DNA of 64,000 nucleotides from Acidobacteriota bacterium. GTDB taxonomy: Bacteria; Acidobacteriota; UBA6911; RPQK01; JAJDTT01. Shown here piece after piece: positions 26,399-36,355 of this stretch. The notes below the pieces were generated by a model. The model was not told the origin of the DNA, did not search any database, and saw only the letters and a list, made by a program, of their open reading frames with translations. The stretch lies in assembly GCA_965209055.1 (NCBI GenBank), contig OZ242374.1, forward strand, positions 5,472,001 to 5,536,000. Reading direction: 5' to 3'. The translations under genes and the position numbers were made by a program. Position 1 is the stretch's first letter; the number at the start of each line of letters is the position of its first letter.

Positions 26399-27466
26399 TC
26401 AAAAACGCTCCGGACAGGGGACATCCAGCTCGGCCGAGAGGCGCTCCAGCATCTTCCAGGTGGCCGCTTCCAGACGCACTCCTTCCTGGAGACTCTTCTC
26501 GACCATCCTCCAGTCCGGATCCCCCGGAACCAGAACCTCGTCGAATCCCGGCGCCAGCTCCGATGACTTCAACTGGCTCACGTAGTCCTGGACCCGGGCC
26601 AGAAACCGTTCCGGCTCCATGAAATGCTCCACCGACAGGGCCAGAAAGAAGTGGCCCGTGTCCTGGGGCTCCTCCTCGGGGGGATGGGGCGTGATGTGCC
26701 GGCCGAAGAGAGCTCCGGTCAACACCCCGCTGAGGATGTCCACCATCACTGCCAGACCGTACCCCTTGTGATTCCCCATCGGGGCGGGCATCCCCCGGAC
26801 CACTTCCTCGGGATCGGTGGTGGGAACCCCTTTCCGGTCCAGCACCCAATTACCCGGGATCGGATCTCCCCGGAGCAGCGTCACCATGATCTTGCCCCAG
26901 GCGGCGCGGCTGATGGCGATGTCGATCATGACGGGAAACTCGCCGCCGGTGGGAACCGCGATCGCCAGGGGATTGGTCCCGTAGGTGGGCGTGGAGCCGC
27001 CCCACGGCGCCATGCAGGCGCCGGTATTGCTGACGGCGAGTCCGATCAGACCCTGGTCCGCGGCCATGCGCGCATAGTAGCCGGCGGTCCCGAAGTGATT
27101 GGACCGGAACACGCCCGCCGCCGCGACCCCCGTCTCCCGGGCGCGGGAGCAGGCCAGTGACATGGCCTGGTGGCTTGCCACCTGTCCGGGTCCCCGATCC
27201 GCGTCCAGCAGGAGAACGGCTCCCCGGTCGGAGACGACCCGCACCTTGGGACGAGGGTTGACTCCTCCGTTCCGGACTCGTCCCACGAGAAAATCCAGGA
27301 AGGACAAGCCGTGGGAATAGACGCCCCTGAGATCGGCGTCCATAAGGTTGTCGACCACACGTTTGGCCTCGAAAGATCCGAGGCCGGCCCGTTCCAACAG
27401 GGCCTCGGCGAACGATCGCAAGTCGCCGGCCCGGGCCCGTCTTCCCTTGCCCGTTCGGTCCGTCAT
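26399..27466 (-). CDS. Ldh_2 family (malate/L-lactate/sulfolactate/ureidoglycolate type) dehydrogenase
   Basis: ADLRGVYSHGL, SNHFG, GTNPLAIA, HKGYGLAVMVDILSG, VPGD. Confidence 0.9.
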   Translation of the reverse strand: MTDRTGKGRRARAGDLRSFAEALLERAGLGSFEAKRVVDNLMDADLRGVYSHGLSFLDFLVGRVRNGGVNPRPKVRVVSDRGAVLLLDADRGPGQVASHQAMSLACSRARETGVAAAGVFRSNHFGTAGYYARMAADQGLIGLAVSNTGACMAPWGGSTPTYGTNPLAIAVPTGGEFPVMIDIAISRAAWGKIMVTLLRGDPIPGNWVLDRKGVPTTDPEEVVRGMPAPMGNHKGYGLAVMVDILSGVLTGALFGRHITPHPPEEEPQDTGHFFLALSVEHFMEPERFLARVQDYVSQLKSSELAPGFDEVLVPGDPDWRMVEKSLQEGVRLEAATWKMLERLSAELDVPCPERF

Positions 27467-27509
27467 CGGATCTCCATGCCTGTTGGACCTGTTTGCTGCG
27501 TGTTTCTGC

Positions 27510-28541
27510 CTATGTTTCGGCCCCGTTGGAGAACCCCTCGTCCTCCGGAACGCCCAGTGCCTCGGCCGCGTTCCTCCAGAAGATGCCCTCGATGTCCGAT
27601 TTGGACAACTGCGCAATCTCGGCGGCGTCCCGCAGGGAGAGGAGCTGCTCATAGACCGACAGCACGGGCCGCCCGTCGCAGTGGGGGTACTTGAGGACGC
27701 CGTCGTCGGCGTCGTAGTGCTGCCAGGCCCGGCCCAGCGCGGCGTAGTGCCCGTGAAAGAAGGCGGCGCCGACGCCGTCCGAGCCCCAGAAGATCCGCTT
27801 CGGGTCTTCTTTCGTCAGCAGAGTGATGTAGGGGCGCACATCGGTCACCGCCGAGGTGTCGTAGTGGATGTTGGGCAGATCCCGCAACCTCTCCACCGCC
27901 TGCCGAATGGGCCAGTAGGTGAAGCTCCGGGCGCAGTGGGCCAGCAACCACTTGATCCCGGGGTACCGCTTGGTGGTGTATTCGGTCAGGTCATCCAGGT
28001 TCCACTCGTCGGCACAGCCGTGAAACCTCGAGAGGTGCATCGTGACCCAGAGGCCGTAGTGGTCCGCCAGCTCCATCTGCTCATGGGGCAGGAACTCGTG
28101 GATCCGGCATTGGGCGATGTCCCCGGTCACCGAAAACGTCCGGTACGGTTTCAGGCCGGTGAACTGAGGATGCCGGAGGTCCCGCTCGATGTCCCGGATT
28201 CGGCAGGAGGGCGTGACCAGCCGATGGTAGCGGAGGCCGGGGACGCCTTCGATCTCCCGCCGGACCGTCTCCACGTGCCGGCCGACGTCAATGCCCACGA
28301 CCGGCATGCCCAGAATCAGGTATTGCATTCGCCGGCCGGGATAGAGGACCCGGGCCCAGTCGTTCAGGGTGGCCAGCCCCGCATCGGTCCGCGTCCCCTG
28401 CGGGGGCGGGACGGGAAAATCGGAAGCCCAATAGAAATGGATGTGCGCGTCCAGAATCCGGTCGGGAACGAATTCGCTCAGTTCCTCTTCCCAGATCTGC
28501 CGGTCGCAGTCTCGGTAGTCGATGATCGAGTGATCCTTCAT
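27510..28541 (-). CDS. Amidohydrolase_2 family metal-dependent hydrolase/decarboxylase
   Basis: ILDAHIHF (HxH), GLKPY, TMH, LLAHCARS, YDTSAV, IFWGSD. Confidence 0.8.
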   Translation of the reverse strand: MKDHSIIDYRDCDRQIWEEELSEFVPDRILDAHIHFYWASDFPVPPPQGTRTDAGLATLNDWARVLYPGRRMQYLILGMPVVGIDVGRHVETVRREIEGVPGLRYHRLVTPSCRIRDIERDLRHPQFTGLKPYRTFSVTGDIAQCRIHEFLPHEQMELADHYGLWVTMHLSRFHGCADEWNLDDLTEYTTKRYPGIKWLLAHCARSFTYWPIRQAVERLRDLPNIHYDTSAVTDVRPYITLLTKEDPKRIFWGSDGVGAAFFHGHYAALGRAWQHYDADDGVLKYPHCDGRPVLSVYEQLLSLRDAAEIAQLSKSDIEGIFWRNAAEALGVPEDEGFSNGAET

Positions 28542-28726
28542 ACGTTGCTCCCGAGTTCCGATGTAGCCGGCATGGAGGACCGGCTCCTCTTTGGCCGCGA
28601 CATACGTTACCTTGGACAGTGACACGAATCCACCGGGGGCCGGAGTTCCTTGGGGGGGCTCTCCGTGAACGACATTGATCCCGGCGACGGGCCGCGCGCT
28701 TGCCCGCGATTTTCCAGGGAAACGAG

Positions 28727-29686
28727 ATGGATCCTTTCGTCCACACTCAAGTCGCCGACCTGATCGGCAAGACGCCCGTGGTGCGTTTGGACCGGCTGGG
28801 CCCAAGCGGGCGGGCGGCGATCCTGGCCAAGCTCGAGTACCTGAACCCCGGGGGCAGCGTGAAGGACCGGATCGCCCGAAGCATGATCGATGCCGCAGAG
28901 GCTGAAGGACGGCTTCGGCCCGGAATGGGGATCGTGGAGGCCACCAGCGGAAACACCGGCATCGGACTGGCCATGATCTGCGCGGAGCGCGGGTACCGCC
29001 TGATCCTCACCATGCCGGAGACCATGAGCTTCGAGAGGCGCTCCCTGGCCATCCGTTACGGGGCCGAGGTGGTGCTGACTCCCGGCAAAGAGGACATCCC
29101 CGGCGCAGTTCGGCGTGCGCGCCGGTTGGTGGAGCGGAGTCCGGGCTGGATCGAGATGCGCCAGTTCGAGAACCCGGCCAACCCCCAGGTGCACCGGGAA
29201 ACCACCGGACCCGAGATTCTGGAGGCGACCGGCGGGAACGCCGCTGCCCTCGTGGTGGGCGTCGGAACCGGAGGAACGATCACGGGAGTCGGAGAGTTCC
29301 TGAAGGAACGCGTCCCCGGCATCCGGATCGTCGGCGTCGAGCCGGCCGGCTCGGCCGTCCTCAGCGGCGGCCCGCCGGGATTGCACGCCATCGAGGGGAT
29401 CGGCGCCGGGTTCGTTCCTCCGGTGCTGAACCGGGAGGTGATCGACGAGGTGATTCCGGTCGACGACAAGGACGCCTTTCGCATGGCGCGCCGGCTTGCC
29501 CGGGAGGAGTCGCTCCTGGTCGGTGTCTCCTCCGGCGCCGCCGTTCTGGCGGCCCGGCAGGTCGCGGAGCGACTGTCCCCGGACCAGAACGTGGTCACCG
29601 TCCTCCCGGATACGGGGTCCCGCTACTTCAGCGTGGAAGAGTATTTCAAGGAGGAACGGGACTACGACGAGAGCCTGCTGCTTTGA
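28727..29686 (+). CDS. cysK: Cysteine synthase A (O-acetylserine sulfhydrylase)
   Basis: IGKTPVV, KLEYLNPGGSVKDR, EATSGNTG, QFENPAN, GTGGT, HAIEGIGAG, GVSSGA, PDTGSRY. Confidence 0.93.
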   Translation: MDPFVHTQVADLIGKTPVVRLDRLGPSGRAAILAKLEYLNPGGSVKDRIARSMIDAAEAEGRLRPGMGIVEATSGNTGIGLAMICAERGYRLILTMPETMSFERRSLAIRYGAEVVLTPGKEDIPGAVRRARRLVERSPGWIEMRQFENPANPQVHRETTGPEILEATGGNAAALVVGVGTGGTITGVGEFLKERVPGIRIVGVEPAGSAVLSGGPPGLHAIEGIGAGFVPPVLNREVIDEVIPVDDKDAFRMARRLAREESLLVGVSSGAAVLAARQVAERLSPDQNVVTVLPDTGSRYFSVEEYFKEERDYDESLLL

Positions 29687-30837
29687 CCTGGAAGTCCGGC
29701 CTGAGCCGGTCCGAGCGGAAGTTCGAACGGCAGTTCCGCAGGAAACTGGCGGTTTCCAAGAAAGTCTCACGGTGGCCGGGCCTGCTGGTCTGCGCCGCGC
29801 TGACCGGGCTCGCGGCCTGGTTGAACCACCTGCCCTACCCCCCCTTCACCACCAGCGGCGGAACTCATCCCGTCAGCGAAGTCCTGCTGGCGCTGCTCTT
29901 GGGAATGGCACTGCGGAATCTGTTTCGGTCTTCCGCGGGATTGAAACCGGGTGTGGACCTGGTGGTCAGGAAGCTGCTTCCCGTGGGAATCATCCTGCTG
30001 GGCGCCCGGTTGGATTTCTACACCATGCTGCAGGTGAGCCTGGACGTGCTGCTGGCGATTCTGGTCATCATCGCCGGCGTCGTGGCCAGCACCTGGCTTC
30101 TGGGACGCCTGCTGGGAATGGGGGAAAGGCTCTCCCTGCTCATTGGGGTGGGGACGGCCATCTGCGGCAGTTCCGCCATCGTGGCCACGGCGCCGGTCGT
30201 GGACGGGGACGAAACGGACGTGGCGTTGTCCATCGCCACCGTCAACCTCATGGGCGTCGTGGCCATGCTCCTGTTTCCACTCCTGGGCGCGCTCCTGGAG
30301 CTGACCGCCTCCGGCTACGGCATCTGGTGCGGCCTCTCGATCCACGCCACGCCGCAGGTGCTGGCCGCCGGTTTCGCCCACCAGCTCAACGGACAGTTGG
30401 CCGGCGAGCTCTCCACCATCGTCAAGCTCACGCGGATCTCCGTTCTGGGCCCCGCCGTCTTCGTCATCGGAGCCCTCTATGCCCGCAGGCGGCGGAGAGT
30501 GGCCTCGTTTCCCCGGCGGACCGTCCACTACGGGAAACTCCTGCCCGGCTTCGTCCTCCTTTTCCTGGGCATGGCGCTGCTTCGGACCCTGGGGTTCTTC
30601 CCGGAAGTCACCCTCCACCTGACCGATCGATTCATCCTGGGCCCAGGGGACTATCGCGTGGATCTGGCGCTGCTGCTGGGCAGTTCGGGCCGCTGGATCA
30701 TTACCGGGGCCATGGCCGGAGTGGGACTGATGACCGACCTGCAGACCTTCAGGACGGGTGGGACCAAAGCCTTTTCACTCGGCCTGGCGGCCACCATCGT
30801 CATCGCCCTCCTGGGATTGGCGAAGATCAGCCTGTGA
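29683..30837 (+). CDS. YeiH/UPF0324 family (putative sulfate exporter) membrane protein
   Basis: About 10 hydrophobic segments; GIILLG, GTAICGSSAI, GLSIHATPQVLAAG, IVKLTR, AMAGVGL; TTG start overlaps the cysK stop. Confidence 0.88.
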   Translation: MTWKSGLSRSERKFERQFRRKLAVSKKVSRWPGLLVCAALTGLAAWLNHLPYPPFTTSGGTHPVSEVLLALLLGMALRNLFRSSAGLKPGVDLVVRKLLPVGIILLGARLDFYTMLQVSLDVLLAILVIIAGVVASTWLLGRLLGMGERLSLLIGVGTAICGSSAIVATAPVVDGDETDVALSIATVNLMGVVAMLLFPLLGALLELTASGYGIWCGLSIHATPQVLAAGFAHQLNGQLAGELSTIVKLTRISVLGPAVFVIGALYARRRRRVASFPRRTVHYGKLLPGFVLLFLGMALLRTLGFFPEVTLHLTDRFILGPGDYRVDLALLLGSSGRWIITGAMAGVGLMTDLQTFRTGGTKAFSLGLAATIVIALLGLAKISL

Positions 30838-30915
30838 GCCTTATGACGCGGGTTGATCGAGACACACCCCCCGGCGATAATGGTGACTCACCGTAATTTG
30901 CAAGGAGGAGCCACA

Positions 30916-32205
30916 ATGTCTGAATCCATCGACCGGAGACGTTTTCTGGGCAGCGCCGCCATCGGGGTAGCCGCCTCCGGACTATCGGTCTCTGCCAGGA
31001 GCAACATCAAGTACGATTCGCCCAACACCCGGGTCGTCGTCGGAATCATGGGGATGAGCCGGGGCAGGCGTCTGGCCGAGAGCTTCGGACAACAGCCCAA
31101 CGTTCACATCAAGTACGTCTGCGACGTCGATTCGCTCCGTCTGGACAAGGTGGCCCACACGGTCGAGCAGCAGACCGGAAGGGCGCCTCAGAAGGTCGGA
31201 GACTTCAGGCGGATCCTGGATGATCCCGAGGTGGACGCCCTCCTCAACTCCGGGCCCAACCACTGGCACGCTCCGGCCACCATCCTGGCCTGCTCCGCCG
31301 GAAAGCACGCATACGTGGAGAAACCGTGCAGCCACACCCCCCGCGAGGGCGAGCTCATGGTCGCCGCCGCCCGCAAGTACAACCGGGCGGTCCAGATGGG
31401 CACCCAGCGGCGAAGCTCGCCGGGCACACGCGAGGCCGTTCAACAACTGCGGGAAGGGGCCATCGGCCGCGTCTACATGGTCCGCACCTGGTACAACAGC
31501 GGCCGGGGCACCCTGGGCCGGGGCAAACAAACACCTGTCCCCGCCCACCTGGACTACGAACTGTGGCAGGGACCGGCCACCCGGGTTCCCTACAAGGACA
31601 ACCTGATCCACTACAACTGGCACTGGCATTGGCATTGGGGCAATGGCGAGCTGGGCAACAATGGAGTCCACACCCTGGACCTGTGCCGGTGGGGAATGGG
31701 CGTCGACTACCCGATCAAGGTGACCTCCAGCGGCGGCCGCTATCTCTTCGACGACGACCAGGAGACTCCGGACACCCACACCGTCTGCTACGAATTTGAA
31801 GGCAAGCGCTCCATCTCCTGGGCCGGCTTGAGCAACAACCGCCACAGCCCCGGCTTCATCACCTTCTATGGCGACCGGGGCGCTTTGGACCTGGGCACGA
31901 AAGGGTCCTACGCCATCTACGACAAGGGCGACAATCTGGTCGCGAAGAAGGCGGAAGACACCTACGGAGACCTCCCTCACGCCCAGAACTTCCTGGCGGC
32001 GATCCGCAACGACGATCCCACGATCTGCAACGCCGAAATCCTCGAGGCACACAAGAGCACTCTCATGTGCCACCTGGGCAACATCGCTCACCGCACGGGC
32101 CGGAACCTCAAGTGCGACTCCAGCAACGGCCATATCCTGGGCGACGATGAGGCCAAGGGCTACTGGTCCAAGGAATACGCCAAGGGCTGGGAACCCAAGG
32201 TCTAG
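30916..32205 (+). CDS. Tat-exported Gfo/Idh/MocA oxidoreductase
   Basis: AAGGAGG SD; DRRRFLG Tat motif; PNHWHA, GKHAYVEKP, QMGTQRRS, LDYELWQGPA, GNNGVH. Confidence 0.92.
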   Translation: MSESIDRRRFLGSAAIGVAASGLSVSARSNIKYDSPNTRVVVGIMGMSRGRRLAESFGQQPNVHIKYVCDVDSLRLDKVAHTVEQQTGRAPQKVGDFRRILDDPEVDALLNSGPNHWHAPATILACSAGKHAYVEKPCSHTPREGELMVAAARKYNRAVQMGTQRRSSPGTREAVQQLREGAIGRVYMVRTWYNSGRGTLGRGKQTPVPAHLDYELWQGPATRVPYKDNLIHYNWHWHWHWGNGELGNNGVHTLDLCRWGMGVDYPIKVTSSGGRYLFDDDQETPDTHTVCYEFEGKRSISWAGLSNNRHSPGFITFYGDRGALDLGTKGSYAIYDKGDNLVAKKAEDTYGDLPHAQNFLAAIRNDDPTICNAEILEAHKSTLMCHLGNIAHRTGRNLKCDSSNGHILGDDEAKGYWSKEYAKGWEPKV

Positions 32206-32225
32206 TTCGAGTTCGAGTTTCTTAC

Positions 32226-32254
32226 CGGGGGGGCTGTCAAGCTCCCCCGTTTAT
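32226..32254 (+). terminator. Intrinsic terminator-like hairpin between convergent genes
   Basis: CGGGGGGGCT-GTCA-AGCTCCCCCG, a 10-bp stem with one G-U pair, followed by TTTAT. Confidence 0.6.
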
Positions 32255-32301
32255 CCCGGCTCAACACGTAAACGAAATCAGGGCGCTCGGACCAGATCTG
32301 T

Positions 32302-33021
32302 TCAGGGTTGGTACGGCAGCCGCCGGATCCAGATGTTCCGGAATTGAACCGGGCTGCCATGGGCCTGCAGCTTCAGCGGCCCCTCCGAAACCATGGGGTT
32401 GCGCCGGCCCGCGCCCGTCCCCTCCCACAGGGTGCGCTCGTACTGCACCAGGACTCCGTTGTGAAGGATGGTGAACCGGGCCGGTTTCACCACTCGTCCC
32501 GATCTCCGGTCCAGCCGGGCGGCGCGAAACAGGATGTCGTAGGTCTGCCATTGGCCCGGCGCCCGGGTCACATTGACCATGGGGGCGTAAAGGTTGAAGA
32601 ACGAGGCGCACTGCTGTTTCGCAGTGAATCGGTTGGGGTTGTGGGAGTCCAGGATCTGGACCTCGTAAAGGTGGTGGAAGTAGAGACCGCTGTTGCCGTG
32701 GGCCGGGTCGTCCGAGGGGAGATTGAACTCGACGTGAACCTGGGCGTCGCGGAACCAATCCTTGGTGATGATGTCGTGATCCCCGGCAATCAGGACGCCT
32801 TCCTCAACCTTCCAGTCCGCCGGACTGCCATCCGTGCGGGTGAAGCGGAAATTGCCCGAGCCGTCGAACAGAACCAGGGCGTCGGCGGGCGGACGGCCCC
32901 CGGCATCGGTCTCCACGACCGGCAGTACCGGCACGTACTTCTGGGCCGGGGCCTCCGTGAGGTTGGACAATGGCAAGAAACTCAGAATGCACGCAAACAG
33001 CAGCAGGCGTTGTGGAAGCAT
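32302..33021 (-). CDS. DUF1080 (3-keto-disaccharide hydrolase family) secreted protein
   Basis: Signal peptide; PPADALVLFDG, QVHVEF, GNSG, YEVQILDS, GQWQTYDI, HNGVLVQ, LQAHGSPVQFRNIW. Confidence 0.9.
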   Translation of the reverse strand: MLPQRLLLFACILSFLPLSNLTEAPAQKYVPVLPVVETDAGGRPPADALVLFDGSGNFRFTRTDGSPADWKVEEGVLIAGDHDIITKDWFRDAQVHVEFNLPSDDPAHGNSGLYFHHLYEVQILDSHNPNRFTAKQQCASFFNLYAPMVNVTRAPGQWQTYDILFRAARLDRRSGRVVKPARFTILHNGVLVQYERTLWEGTGAGRRNPMVSEGPLKLQAHGSPVQFRNIWIRRLPYQP

Positions 33022-33156
33022 CAACCCGAGTATTCCAGTCCCGGACCACTTGAATCAAGGCCCGGCAGTGGAGTGAGCTACGAAGAGACTCGATGGCAGC
33101 CTCCTTTGTGCTCCCGTTTCCGTAGTAGACTTGGGCCTGCCGAAACAAACGACGCC

Positions 33157-33585
33157 ATGATGATCCGAGACCGTGTCACCGAAACCCGATTCCGGGTGCG
33201 CTACGCCGAAACGGATCAGATGGGGTTCGCTCACCACTCCAACCACCTGGTCTGGTTCGAAGTCGCGCGGCTCGAGTTCTTTCGGGATCTGGGCCTGAGT
33301 TACGACCGGCTGGAACGGGAATCGGAGACGTTCCTTCCAGTCGTGGAAGTCCACTGCCGCTACATGAAGCCGCTGTTTTACGACCGGGAATTTGTGATTC
33401 GAACCCGTCTGAAGCGCCTGGGCCGACGGGGCATGACCTTCGGCTACCGGATCGTGGATCCCGAGGGAAACGTGAACTACGCCCGGGGAGAGAGCCGGCA
33501 CATCGCCACCAACCGGCACGGCCGTCCCTGCACCTTTCCCGACTACTTTCTGACAGCCTGCCGCCTCGATGATGGGACCCAATGA
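33157..33585 (+). CDS. Acyl-CoA thioesterase (YbgC/4HBT hotdog family)
   Basis: RVRYAETDQMGFAHHSNHLVWFEVAR; CRYMKP. Confidence 0.9.
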   Translation: MMIRDRVTETRFRVRYAETDQMGFAHHSNHLVWFEVARLEFFRDLGLSYDRLERESETFLPVVEVHCRYMKPLFYDREFVIRTRLKRLGRRGMTFGYRIVDPEGNVNYARGESRHIATNRHGRPCTFPDYFLTACRLDDGTQ

Positions 33586-34324
33586 CATCGCCCCTTGGCA
33601 CCGCCGAATGGTGAACCGGCTTCCCCGATGGGTGCGCCGGCTGATCCTTCGGTTCGAGACCCTGATCGAAGACCGGGTGGCCGATTTCGGCCGCTCGCTG
33701 CCCGCCGGGACCCGGGTGCTGGACGCCGGCGCCGGCGAGTGCCGGTACGCCCGCGAATTCTCCCATTGCCGCTACGTGGCCGTGGACCTGGCCGTGGGAG
33801 ACGCCGACTGGGACTATTCGCGCCTCGACGGTGTGGCGGACCTGGCGCGGCTGCCGTTTCGGGACGGCTCCTTCGGGGCGGCCATCAACATCGTGGTCCT
33901 GGAGCACGTCCGGGACCCCCGGGCGGTGCTGGAAGAGCTGGGCCGGGTGTTGGCTCCGGGCGCCCGGTTGCTCCTGGCGGCGCCCCAGGAATGGGGAGTC
34001 CATCAGGCGCCCCACGACTATTTTCGCTATACGCGCCCCGGCCTCCAATGGCTGCTGGAGCGGGCCGGATTTGCCGGCATTGAAATCGAAGCCGGCGGTG
34101 GATTCTTCACGCTGCTGGGAAGGCGCCTGCTGGATTCGATACTCTACTTCCAGGGAGGATGGCGGTGGCTGCTGTTCCCGCCCGTCGCCGCCGTGTGCGG
34201 AGTGCTGGGGGTCCTCCTGCCCATGTTCGACTTCCTGGACCCAACCCGCAACACGACACTGGGCTACGTCTGCACCGCCAGAAAGCCGGGCCCGGTAGTC
34301 ACATCAGTGGAGCCGAATCGATGA
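33569..34324 (+). CDS. Class I SAM-dependent methyltransferase
   Basis: VLDAGAG, LPFRDGSF, VLEHV, RVLAPG, HQAPHDYFRYT. Confidence 0.88.
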   Translation: MMGPNDIAPWHRRMVNRLPRWVRRLILRFETLIEDRVADFGRSLPAGTRVLDAGAGECRYAREFSHCRYVAVDLAVGDADWDYSRLDGVADLARLPFRDGSFGAAINIVVLEHVRDPRAVLEELGRVLAPGARLLLAAPQEWGVHQAPHDYFRYTRPGLQWLLERAGFAGIEIEAGGGFFTLLGRRLLDSILYFQGGWRWLLFPPVAAVCGVLGVLLPMFDFLDPTRNTTLGYVCTARKPGPVVTSVEPNR

Positions 34325-34740
34325 GCCGCAAGAAACGAACCGTCATCAACCCGCCGGGGATGTTTCCCCCGGGCGGAGAATACTCCTACGCCGTGGGCGC
34401 CGGAGGCCTGCTCTTCATCGCCGGGCAGACCGCCTTCTCGCCCGAAGGAGAGCTGGTGGGAGAGGGCGACGCCGCCGCGCAGACGCGCCAGGTCTTCGAA
34501 AACATCGGCCGGGTCCTCCAAGGCGCCGGAGCCTCCTTTTCCGACGTGGTGGAATTCACCACCTATCTGGTGGGCGTGGATTCGGTGGCGCCCTTTCTGG
34601 CGGCCAGGCGGGAGTTGTTCCCTTCCCTCTATCCGGACGGGGACTACCCCACCAACACCCTGATCAACATCGAGTCCCTGGCCGGTTCCAAGGCCCTGGT
34701 AGAGATCAAGACCGTGGCGGTCCTGCCCGAACCGGACTGA
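34321..34740 (+). CDS. Rid (YjgF/UK114) family protein
   Basis: YSYAV, LFIAGQ, QTRQVFENI, LVEI; ATGA overlap with the methyltransferase. Confidence 0.88.
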   Translation: MSRKKRTVINPPGMFPPGGEYSYAVGAGGLLFIAGQTAFSPEGELVGEGDAAAQTRQVFENIGRVLQGAGASFSDVVEFTTYLVGVDSVAPFLAARRELFPSLYPDGDYPTNTLINIESLAGSKALVEIKTVAVLPEPD

Positions 34741-36355
34741 CCGCAGAAAGAGGCCGTCCGGAATCCAACCCTTCCGGAGGTCCGGACGGAAGCCAGAGAA
34801 GCGCCTCGGTCCCGTCGGGCAGGGACCAGCGCCGGGTGACGCGCCAACCGCTTTGCTCCAGCCGTTCGTAGACCGCCTGATTGAAGGTGGTGAGGTAACT
34901 GATCCCCTGGTGCCCGGTCTTCCCCACCACGGCCTGCACGCGGTCCAACAGTTCCAGTGACGCGGCCGACTGGCCCACCCGGACGACCTCCAGTTCCCTT
35001 CCCGACTCCAGGGCCTGAAGCCGCAGGGCCAGCATGTGATAGTGGGCCAGATCGGGGACGAAGCCGATTCTGGCTCCCTCGGGAATCTGCTCCAGGATCT
35101 CCCGGTGGCGCCAGTTCTCCCGACGCGGCGGACCGGCCACGTCGAAGTATCCCGGCGCGAACCAGACCCACTCCCGGCCGGCGCCCCGGTAGTCTCCGTC
35201 CTCCGGCACCTGGAAGAGAGCCAGCTTCCCGGGAACCAGAGGCAGGGAGAACGACACGGCCAGAAACTGGAGGAACGCCAGCGCCGCCGCCAGCCGGACG
35301 ACCCACTGGCGCCGGTCCCAAGGCAGCAGAATCAGGATGGCCAGCGGTCCGGCCAGCGGGAGGACATACCTGGGATCCTTTGCCTCCAACATCGTCAGCA
35401 GAAAGAGTCCGCCCCAGAACGTCCACCGGATCAGGCTCGCCTCCGGAGGCCGGTCCCGGTTCCGCTCGGACTTGAGGAACGACCCCAGGACGAAGAGCGC
35501 GGTGAGGGGAAGGAACAGGTAGTAACTGGCCAGCGACCTGGGATAGTAGAGCCAGCCCAGCAGGGTTTCCAGGCCCGGGTCCTGTTCCCATCCGGCCGCC
35601 TGCATGGTGAGAGCGAACCGCTCCATCAGGTTCCGGGCGTTGGGCAGGTACCACCAGAAGACCAGAGGAGCCGCCACCAGCCCGGCGTCGACCAGATTCA
35701 GGAGCGAGCGCTTCCGGTCCCGGGAACGGACCAGCGCCCATACCAGCGGAAACGCCAGAAACAGGATGAAGGTCCACTTGGTCAACATCCCCGCCGCGAT
35801 GACCAGACCCAGCAGCAGGCTATAGCCCTTTCGTTCCAGATGCCGGCTCTTGGCCACCAGGCAGAGGGCCAGCATGACCCACCCGCCGAGCGCCACGTCC
35901 AGGAGGGAGAAACGGCTGGTCCAGGCCACCAGGGGAAAGCACCAGGCCAGCAGCGCCGCCCAGGGAGCCGCCCCCCGGGTCAGGCACCGGGAGGCCAGCC
36001 ACCAGACGCCGCCGAAAAGCATGACCAGTCCCGGGAGATTGGACAGGAAGACGAGCGCGTCCCGGTTGGGCCACAGGGACAGAACCACCATCTCCTGGAG
36101 GTAGTAGAGGGGAGGGTAGTAGGAGGAGAGCGAGGAGAAGTCTTCCGGCAGCCTCCCGGCGTTCAGGGCCTGGAGGGACTCCCAGCCCCGGATCTGATGG
36201 TGAGCCATGTCCCAGACCTGGGGTTGCTCATCCAGCGCCAGCCAGACCACGTGCAGCGCCAGGACGCCCAGTCCCAGGAAGAGAACCGCGAATCGATCCG
36301 GCGTCCGCCGGAATCGCTCACCAGTGGGTTGCAGGCTCGGGGACGGGACCGTCAT
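34706..36355 (-). CDS. GT-C fold (ArnT/PMT-like, GT39/GT83-type) lipid-carrier-dependent glycosyltransferase
   Basis: First-loop PQVWDMAHH and YYPPLYY; LLDV; GMLTKW; KDPRYVLP; many TM segments and a soluble C-terminal domain. Confidence 0.8.
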   Translation of the reverse strand: MTVPSPSLQPTGERFRRTPDRFAVLFLGLGVLALHVVWLALDEQPQVWDMAHHQIRGWESLQALNAGRLPEDFSSLSSYYPPLYYLQEMVVLSLWPNRDALVFLSNLPGLVMLFGGVWWLASRCLTRGAAPWAALLAWCFPLVAWTSRFSLLDVALGGWVMLALCLVAKSRHLERKGYSLLLGLVIAAGMLTKWTFILFLAFPLVWALVRSRDRKRSLLNLVDAGLVAAPLVFWWYLPNARNLMERFALTMQAAGWEQDPGLETLLGWLYYPRSLASYYLFLPLTALFVLGSFLKSERNRDRPPEASLIRWTFWGGLFLLTMLEAKDPRYVLPLAGPLAILILLPWDRRQWVVRLAAALAFLQFLAVSFSLPLVPGKLALFQVPEDGDYRGAGREWVWFAPGYFDVAGPPRRENWRHREILEQIPEGARIGFVPDLAHYHMLALRLQALESGRELEVVRVGQSAASLELLDRVQAVVGKTGHQGISYLTTFNQAVYERLEQSGWRVTRRWSLPDGTEALLWLPSGPPEGLDSGRPLSAVSPVRAGPPRS

